A program made the position numbers and the translations under genes. Shown piece after piece: positions 1-8,601 of a DNA stretch of 45,488 nt. The notes under the pieces are model-generated. The model searched no databases. It had not been told where the DNA came from and saw only the letters and a program-made list of their open reading frames with translations. Within the stretch, counting starts at the first letter, position 1; each line of letters begins with the position of its first letter. The stretch lies in contig KZ538840.1 of assembly GCA_000934665.2 (NCBI GenBank), forward strand, positions 1 to 45,488, given 5' to 3'. The DNA comes from Catajapyx aquilonaris. Its lineage: Eukaryota.

Positions 1-1753
1 CCCGCTAAGTAAGAAATAAACAGAGTGGCAGCAATTTTTACCAGACCCCACAGAAATTCACTGTCCAAGGTATAATCGTATTTATTTCAGTTGTTAATTG
101 TCAAATGAACTTCAAATTTGGTTTCCTCCTAGCTCAACTGTTACTATTCATAATTATCCATTCTAAAGTCCAGATAATCTTAATGGAAACTTTTTATCAC
201 ATCCTGTGTATAACCCCACCACTCCATTTTTTGGGGGTGTCCCAATATTTTCAGATCAGGGCAAGTATAAACGAGTTTGTTTGTGAGTTTGTTTGTCCCT
301 TATAAAAATCCAGGGGAAGGTCCTTACATCGCCTATAGCATATCGGGGGTTACATTTTTTCAAGGAATTTAATGCCGCATGTTTCAGCTTCCGAAAATGA
401 ACCTAACTCCCACAACACGCATATTCCAGAATCTACTCACAACTTGGGCCTCAACAAGTAACTTATTAACAATTAACAATACTGTATATCAATTCGCATT
501 CCCATGGAAATGGCCTTATGCCACAAATACCTAGCAAATTCAACCATCACCGTAAATTCAGCGCATCCACCAATTACGCTAATTGGCCACCTCACGTGGT
601 ACAAGTTGTCTTTCCGTGATTTTGTGGGATTTGAAAGTAGGCTCCAGACAAAAATAAACACAATTAATTAATACAGTAATTGCAAATATTACTCTGTGTT
701 GAAAACAAAATTTCCCACCATGCATCTGTACGTAAACTTCTATAAAGTTCTTCAGAGCAAACATATGGAACGAGGTGGGGTGTGAAGTGGGGTTGGGGAG
801 GGGGGGGGGGGTCAAGGGGTCAAAAATGCAGGGGAAAAAACACATGGCTGTGCAGTCTTTTCCTGGGCCAACCACTCCATCTGCATTCTTCTTTTTACAC
901 ATCCAATCAGAATATCTGCTATATAAGACAAGAAGGTAATCTATCACAGATAGTGACAAACTATGTCTTATTGTAACTTGTAAGGCCTATTTTAATATCG
1001 AGTTTCGAGTGTATGGAAGGAAAATTTTTACAAACGCACTTCCTAAAATACTGTATGTATATGTACCCCTACCTTTACCAGCACCCCAACATACCCAGGC
1101 AACACCGGGTAACCTGCTAGTATTCACTATTTTTACTTTCCCAAAATCAGTACTAAATATTTTTGTCTTAATTCAAGGTGTACTTGACTTACCTACTAGT
1201 AATAAGCCCTGTCACTGTCAGTAAGCTGAAAGAAAAATATTAGAATACTGTAGCGTACCGTATCCTCTTTACTTCTGCTTTATAATGCCCATTGCTGACT
1301 TAGTTATTCTAAACATTCTGAAAAGTTTTCTAATATTACCCACCAATACATATCTGAATTAACCTCCAAGGAAGCCACTGGCTTGGGAATGAGATAATAT
1401 AATTATTATATGGTAGCCTGCATTTAAAAAATTAATAAATAATAATTTACCTGAAATTGACTTATGTTTCAAACACGTTGCACCCAAATAAGTGTAATCC
1501 AAAATTTTATTGGGATGTCTTCTCATGCCAAAATAATCCCTAAATAAATTGTACCAGGGATGTCACCTTTATCAAGTCACAGAAAAACGCTGTTTTATTA
1601 CTCTTTATTCAGACGCACCGTATGTCAGTTGATTACTTATTACCACACGAGCGCAAGTCAGGCACACAAATTTCGAAAAAAACAAAAAAAAAACAGATGG
1701 CATTTTGGAATAAATGGGAACATAACTTGAATGACCTTTCTGAGTCAACATGA

Positions 1754-2945
1754 CTATCCAGGGCGCCCTTTTACGACAGGCATCATCCCATAGTCTTCAT
1801 AAGCCAAAGAGAGGTCCTCCATGGGCTTAACGACCTGGAACGATACAACATCAGCAAGTGTAGTAGTTAATGTTAACAGCTTCCACACAAGAGTTTGTAA
1901 TTGCTGTTAATGACTATCTGGAGCACGTTATTGTTTTCAGTGACCCATCAGCGGATATTTATTTATTTCATTATTTATTAATTACTCCAGTTCAATACGG
2001 ATATAACATACTTCAATGGACCACAGAAATAAGTCTGTTACAACCAATGTCTGTTATAGCCGAATACAAATGCCATATATGGAAGTATTCCGCCTAAGCG
2101 AAAACCTGTTATAGCCGAGGCTGTTATATTCGGATCCAACTGTAATTAATTTCTGGTGCCTTTTGGTCACCTGTCTCTCCATCTAAGTTCATCATTTTCA
2201 CTCGTGACTAACACCTTATTAATAAGGGTGTGTAGATATCCTGGAAGTGATTTTACCTCGTTGGGATCATAAAGCGTGTAGAGGCTCTCAGCATAGAGCA
2301 TCACTTTCTTCCTCATGTTCCCCATAATCTCAGACTTGCTCATGGGCTTATCCTTGGCCTTTTGCTCCTCCTCATCCTTCTTCTGGCCACCTTCCTCCGC
2401 TTCATCAGACGAGGACGAGTCGTCACCCAGGCTAATGACGAACTTTTTGACCGGCTTCTTGGAAGGGCCAGGGGTCGGGGTCAGGTACTGGTTGTCTTCT
2501 GCTGGCTCAACCTTCTGTTCGGCAGGTACCCGCCTGCGGCTGTATTCCCTTCTGTTCTGGCGGTACTCTGGTGTCAAGCCAGGTCCCTTTCGATTCGGCC
2601 TGTACTTGACGTACTCCTTCTTGCCCTGGTTGGAATGCTTCTTGGGCCTGACCGAGGCCTGCATCTGCCATGAGAATGTCAACGTGACTATACGTTCGCA
2701 TGGGACTAAAAATTGGCCTGGCGCAGGCCCCCTAGCTACGCCTTAGCTGGGCCGATTTCTAGACCCATGTAATAAACGCATGCTCATGCACATACGTTAA
2801 ACGTGCGTCACATTACCTCATCCCGTTCGCGTTCAACCCAAGTGTCGTCCTCTTCCTTTCCCTGGGTTGGGGCCACGCACTCGGGCAGAAGAGATGCCTC
2901 TTCGTCCTCTACCATGCCGATCCAGTTCCCCTCGCCTGCAGCCAT
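1754..2945 (-). CDS. Uncharacterised protein, tandem paralog A (~205 aa, 3 exons; possibly a diverged SLBP-like protein)
   Basis: Exons 2945-2817, 2664-2257, 1834-1754, phase 0 GT-AG. MAAGEGNWIGMVEDEE...LYTLYDPNE|VVKPMEDLSLAYEDYGMMPVVKGRPG*. Frame stays open despite in-frame indels relative to B; minus-strand AATAAA signals near 1594-1609. Confidence 0.68.
1988..2142. mobile_element. Small MITE (Tc1/mariner-pogo-like termini) in intron 2 of paralog A
   Basis: Imperfect TIRs CAGTTCAATACGGATATAAC / GTTATATTCGGATCCAACTG followed by TA; the right end is also present in paralog B (to 6876). Confidence 0.55.
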
Positions 2946-3329
2946 TTTCCTCTCCTTTGTCTGTCTGTGATGCGCTGCCAACAGGAATAAGGGTTGCCAA
3001 CTGTACATTAATCGCGTCCACGATCGCGTCGCGTCGTATACTGCTAGCGACATTTTCCGAAGCGGCAGAAGCGATGAAAGACTGGTATTAGGGGGCACGG
3101 CAGTGCCCCCGCCAAGTTCTCGCCGCACTGCCGGACCACCTTTTAATACCCGACACAACTCACGTCATTTTGACCCCCTCGAATCTTCGCACTGGTGAAC
3201 ACACGTGGCTTCAAAATTTTTATTTGGGTAGATAAAAATAGATTAAAAATAATACCCCCTTACTTCCATGTTCATATCTCTTTTCATTTCTGACTTAAAG
3301 AATCCTAAAAACTCCCAAAACGGCCAAAA

Positions 3330-3430
3330 TATGACACTGACTGACTGACTCACTCACTCACTCACTCACTGACTGATCATCAAAATTATACGTAACTTCC
3401 AGTGGTCCTAGGATGCTGAAATTTGGTCAG
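3330..3430 (+). repeat. (ACTG/ACTC)n microsatellite in a probable Helitron-like relic
   Basis: ACTGACTGACTGACTCACTCACTC...GATCATCAAAA...CTGAAATTTGG; the CTGAAATTTGG motif also occurs in the Helitron-like element at ~18993. Confidence 0.45.
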
Positions 3431-3584
3431 CTTGTCAAACAAACATCAGAATAAATCTGAAAACGGTACTTTTAATAATAATAATTAATAATAATTCATA
3501 CCCCGTTATCAGCCTTTTTCGGCTCTTTAGGGGGGAAGTTTTCTTTTTGCCTGGAACTCTTTGCTTTCATTTTACTGCACTTTT

Positions 3585-3772
3585 TGGGATGGGATAGGGA
3601 CGGAAGGAATCGGCTGTGGCCTGTTAATTACGGAAACAACTCCGGAATTATCCTGGAAGGACCGTGGGAAACCACAGAAAACCACGGTCAGAGTTGCCGG
3701 CCCCGGGATTCGAACCCAGGACCTCCCGATTAGCAGTCGGACGCCTTATCCACTATGCCGACCTGCTTCGGT
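3585..3772 (-). mobile_element. tRNA-derived SINE
   Basis: Minus strand: A-box-like TCGGCATAGTGG, B-box GGGTTCGAATCC, then a non-tRNA body GTTTTCTGTGGTTTCCC...AGGCCACAGCCGATTCCTTCC resembling insect SINE bodies. Confidence 0.8.
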
Positions 3773-4277
3773 TGAAAACGGCACTTTTTTGAGTCTAAAT
3801 GCTCAAAAAAAAAATTATTTTCACGAAGTCTGCTGCTGCTGACCAGATGCGGAATTTTTACCACGGATTACTTTTTACTTTGAATTTCCATCAGTTATGC
3901 TGGCGCTCCTCCTGCCTTCCCCACGTTCTCATCTCCTCACCCCCTCCCTTCCCCCTCTCCTGCATACCGCTAGCCAACGACGTAGCCAGCCCCCCCCCCC
4001 TCCCCCCGAAATCTTGTGGATTAAAAAAAATCATGTCAAGGAAATTACTAATTCATGGTTTTTTGGGGGGGAAAGTGCTACCAATTTCATCTAATACACA
4101 CTAATTCAAATCTCCCATATTCACCTAAGCTCGTGTGACCTTGAACCCGAAAAATTTTGCCTGCGGCGGACCTCCCCGCGCCCCCTCCCCACCCATTGCG
4201 CCCCCCCTCCCCCCGAACTGGATTCCTGGCTACGTCACTGCCGCTAGCTATCTGACGGAAGCTGCGATTGTATTTCA

Positions 4278-4355
4278 TGCAAATACAAATATTTCATACA
4301 AATACAACTACAAATACCTAAATACCTCAAATACAAAATAATACAAATACAAAAT
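4278..4355. repeat. (AAATAC)n degenerate microsatellite
   Basis: CAAATACAAATATTTCATACAAATACAACTACAAATAC... Confidence 0.6.
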
Positions 4356-4928
4356 TCGAGGTCATCAACAGCCTATGTGTACAGGGAACAATATATTCCC
4401 AATTTGTGTGGCGTATGCCACTGACATACACAAGAGCCAATAAGGCCTGAAACTCACTAATCCACTCATCGATATTGGTTCCTCTGTCTTCTCGTGTGGT
4501 CAAGCCTACGTGGCTCTTTCCAGAGTTAAAAGTACGTATCAATGCCTCCTTTACTAACATCAAGGCTCAAGAGTCAACTATTCTGGAGTACGATAGATTG
4601 AGATCTTTACCGACCAGACTTATCCATACTCAAAAGGGCTAATAAGGCATCGGTTGAGGATCGCGAATGGGCTATGCGATCAGATGTAGCAGATGTCCAA
4701 TTCGCACAACCAGAACAGAAAAAAAGGAAGCGTAATATGAGAAAGCAGAAGAAAATCATACCTATTCAGAGGAAAAGATTGAGTTTTACATACTTTCGTA
4801 TATAACCTACACATTTTGCTCTAAGTTATTCATTACCTTATTTGGAATATGGACCATTGCTTCCACGCCCAACCGTAGGGGGCTCCCCAAGCTTTCTTAT
4901 AATTATCCTACACTCCTGCCTACAAAAA

Positions 4929-5440
4929 GAGGTGAGATCCCACCAAAAAACCTTTCAGTAAAAAAAAGGCCAAGTTCTCCTGACTGCTTGGCCGTCAAAA
5001 GTGGTGAGATCTGAAATACAGCCAAGTTCAACGTCGTAGTCAATTACTGGCATTCTCAACTTCTTCAACCTAAACCACTAACTTTATTTTTCCAGGTCGA
5101 CCTTAAGTTTAATCATCAAAAAATTTTAATGGAATTTCTCTTGCTGTAACTTGGCCATTGCTCTTAAAACATTGAAACAGTAGAATTCAACAATACCTCG
5201 GACATGAGCAATGGCCAAGTTACAGCAAGAAAAATTCAATTAAAATTTTTTGATTATTAAACTTAAGGTCGACCTGGAAAAACAAAGTTAGTGGTTCAGG
5301 TTGAAGAATTTGAGAATGAAAGTAATTGACTACGACGTTGAACTTGGCCATATTTCAGATCTCACCACTTTTGACGGCCAAGCAGTCAGGAGAACTTGGC
5401 CTTTTTTTTTACAGAAATGTTTTTGGTGGGATCGTACCTC
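4929..5440. mobile_element. Foldback-like palindromic element, ~235-bp arms
   Basis: 4929-5163 is a near-perfect reverse complement of 5205-5440, with a ~41-bp spacer. Confidence 0.85.
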
Positions 5441-5551
5441 CTCAGTCTGTCTCCTATCCTGTGGGGGGTGGATTACATCCTTTAGCACTCTTAGCCTTAG
5501 GTGGTTGACACTGGAAGTCTAGCAAGCAGGATGAACCAGTCCTTGCTATTC

Positions 5552-5799
5552 ATTTGGACACAGTGTTATGAAATAATGAGTCATCCCACATGAGAACAGT
5601 TTTGAGAAAAGGAGCTTTGAAGGTCATACCTGTGAAATTAATTCAGTGTTCTTTTCGGTCATTTGTGGGCAGAAGTATGCAGATTTCGCCACCTTGATTT
5701 TAACTGAATGAAGTACTATCCTTTGGGTGCATATTCCTGGGCTTAACTCAATTTTGACACTTTTGTGGGTTGGCACATTATTGCATAACACGTCCATTT
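5552..5799. mobile_element. MITE, second copy at ~28662-28890
   Basis: TIR-like ends TGGAC..TGTTATG.AATAATGAGTCA.CCCACA / TGTGGGTTGGCACATTATTGCATAACACGTCCA; the body aligns with the 28662 copy. Confidence 0.7.
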
Positions 5800-6269
5800 G
5801 AAGGGCCTACTACTGATTTACTTCAAATGTAATGTCAGAACCATCCTGATAGAAGCTAGCTATTTTCTTCTCCAAATTGGCTAGTTTATTATGACTCAGG
5901 AGGGTGTATGTGCCAATATTAACAGTCGACAAATACATAAACGTTTCTTAATAATAATTCAGGCAAATCTAGATCCATACACAACTGGGTGCAGGTGGCT
6001 TTAAATATTGATGATAGCAACAAGAGAAGAGTAGATTTTGCTATTGATATATTGAACCGATCCGTTTATTTGCACTTGTAAATACAACCCTACACTCCTA
6101 GAGAATCACTCGTCTCATGTTTTTAATTTATTTGGAAGTGGAAAAGTTGGCCTAGACAGCCATTTCCTAAATAATTACTACCCTAGACTGAAAGCTCAGT
6201 AACAGACCAAGATGCACTGGATATCAATCTGTGTAATAACATTACTGGAAGTTTACACAAGAAGTCACT

Positions 6270-7665
6270 TGCTTTCGAACAAGTTACACCCAAATAGGTG
6301 TAATCCAAAAGTTTATCGGGATGTCTTCTCATGCTAAAATAATCCCTAAATAAATTGTGCCAGGGATGTCACCTTTATGAAGTCACAGAAAAACGCCTGT
6401 TTTATTACTCTTTATTCAGTAGCACCATATGTCTATTGATTACTACAAGAGTGCCGGTCAGGTACGCAAATTTCGAAATAATAATTATTAAAAAAAACAG
6501 CTGGCACTTGGTAATAATGGGAACATAAATTGAATGACCTTTCTGAGTCAACATGACTATCCAGGTCGTCCTTTTACGACAGGCACCATCCCATAGTCTT
6601 CATAAGCCAAAGAGAGGTCCTCCATGGGCTTAACGACCTGGAAAGATACAACATCAGCAAAGTGTAGTAGTTAATGTTAACAGTTTCCACACAAGAGTTT
6701 GTAATTAACTGGTTAATCACTTTCTGGAGCACATCATTGTTTTCAGTGACCCATCAGCAGATATTTATTTATTTAGCCGGGTTTATCCATCTTGTCCGGG
6801 ACTGACCTGTCGAGTCCGTTATAACTTATAAGCAAAAACCTGTTATAGCCGCGGCTGTTATATCCGGATTCAACTGTAGTTAATTTCTCGTGCCTTTTGG
6901 TCACCTGTCTCTCCATCTGAGTTCATCATTTTCACTAGTGACTAACACCTTATTAATATGGATGTGTAGATATCCTGCAAGTGATTTTACCTCGTTGGGA
7001 TCATAAAGCGTGTAGAGGCTCTCAGCGTAGAGCATCACATTCTTCCTCATGGACCCCATACACTCTGACTTGCTCATGGGCTTATCCTTGGCCTTTTGCT
7101 CCTCATCACCCTTCTTCTTGCCACGTTCCTCCACTTCCACTTCTTCATCAGATGAGGACGAGTCGTCACCCAGGCTGATAACTATCTTCTTGACTGGCTT
7201 ATTGGTAGGGTCAGGGGTCGGGGTCAGGTTCCGGCTGTCTTCTGGCTCATGTTCAACAGGTGGCCGCCTCCTGCGCCAGTTTGCCTTGGTGTTCTGCTGG
7301 TGCTCTTCTGGTGTGGGGGCAGGTCCCTCTCGATTCGGCCAGTACCTGACATACTCCTTCATGTGCGGGTAATACTCCTCCTTCTTCGCCTGGTTGGAAT
7401 CATTGCGCCTGACTGAGCCTTTCCGATGCCACTAAAAAGGAATGTGACTATATGCCTCTCTTTGGGTGCAAAATGTGAGTTACTTACCTCCCGTTCAGCC
7501 CACGAGTCGTCCTCTTCCTCATCCTTGTTTGGGGTCACGCATTTGACCCGAAGGGAGCCCTCCTCTTCCTCAACTCTATCTGCCCAGCTCTCTTCTCCTG
7601 CAGCCATTTTTATTCTCTAGTTCTCCTTTGATGTTGCCAGCTGGAAAAAGGGTGGCTAACAGGAC
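6270..7665. repeat. Segmental duplicate, copy B (pairs with ~1460-3005)
   Basis: As for copy A; same orientation, ~4.7-4.8 kb offset. Confidence 0.9.
6557..7607 (-). CDS. Uncharacterised protein, tandem paralog B (~213 aa, 3 exons; possibly a diverged SLBP-like protein)
   Basis: Exons 7607-7488, 7431-6991, 6637-6557, all phase 0 with GT-AG (GAG|GTAAGT, TTTTTAG|, GAG|GTAAAA, TTCCAG|). Protein MAAGEESWADRVEEEE...LYTLYDPNE|VVKPMEDLSLAYEDYGMVPVVKGRPG*. The structure is conserved in paralog A, with synonymous changes in exon 3. The exon 2 donor is inferred; read-through would stop at 6901. Confidence 0.72.
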
Positions 7666-8283
7666 AATGGGAGTTAACAATGGGAAAGCGGTGTTTCCCA
7701 AAGTGGGCGAACCAGGGCGCTTTTGGAGGGGCCAAAAATTTCAAGTGTGAGTACGGGATGTAGGCCTCTTTGTCACAGTAATTTAATTGCCCATATTTGG
7801 CCTTTTGTGAAGGAGGGAAAAAACAATACTATGGTTAGACAAAATTTTAGTGTGGAAAATTTTCTCTCGTGACTTTCATATGTGACAACAACAACAACAA
7901 TTAACGTTTACATTTATCGTCAAAGTTACCCCCAAAATCATTTGGGGTGTAATTTTCATCCCCCTGTTAGTTACAGCTAACTTAGCAATACTACTAATAC
8001 TAAGTACTGCTAAGTTAGCAGTAACTAGCAGTGGGACAAAAATTATTCCACCCGTAGCTTTTTTAGTTCAAGTCGTTAACTTCATAAGGTCATTGGCAAC
8101 TGATTTTTTTGGACTTACTCGTGATTTGAATAATTGTGAGTAGCGAGTGCTGGATTTCCTTGGGCTGGGGGCTGGGGTTCAAACATAACTTATTCCTTCC
8201 CCTCAGAATATCAAGACACAGATTATTGTTCATGACCTGACTGCTCTTTATTAATGCCCATAAGAAAATGTACTGAGACATGT

Positions 8284-8601
8284 TTAATCATCAAAATGAA
8301 TGTGCTTGTTTGCCATTTGGAGTGCCTTCCGCACAATCCTTTGCCTTCCTCTCTCCCTGGGCCGAGATGAGGTCCGACCCAACTTCCCGCTCAGCTTCTG
8401 TCCACGATCAGCTTGGATTTTCTCCCAGTACGCTTCTTCCTCGGCACCAGTCAAAACGGCTGCCTGGCTCCACTTGTACTCCTCAGGCTTAGACTCAGCA
8501 AGGGCTGTGGCTGTGGCAGGCTCATCACATCGCACGAACCCTTCATTTCCGCCTTCTTTGGCATCCACGTACTTGACTCCTGGTCGTACACGAAGCTTCT
8601 T
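8284..8601 (-). CDS. LARP7: LARP7 exon 6 (xRRM C-half, stop)
   Basis: 60-bp intron ending CTTCAAAG; KKLRVRPGVKYVD...EEEAYWEKIQADR...HIHFDD-TAA; AATAAA on the minus strand at 8247-8252. Confidence 0.88.
   Translation of the reverse strand, partial: KKLRVRPGVKYVDAKEGGNEGFVRCDEPATATALAESKPEEYKWSQAAVLTGAEEEAYWEKIQADRGQKLSGKLGRTSSRPRERGRQRIVRKALQMANKHIHFDD

Larger units (their letters stand above)
1460..3005. repeat. Segmental duplicate, copy A (pairs with ~6270-7665)
   Basis: Direct-repeat similarity through the 3' flank (GTGTAATCCAAAA...GGGATGTCTTCTCATG...), exons, intron 2 and short 5' flank. Confidence 0.9.

Noticed and set aside
3700..3772. tRNA gene
   Set aside because: A and B boxes are present, but it runs into a SINE-type body with no clean acceptor stem or terminator.
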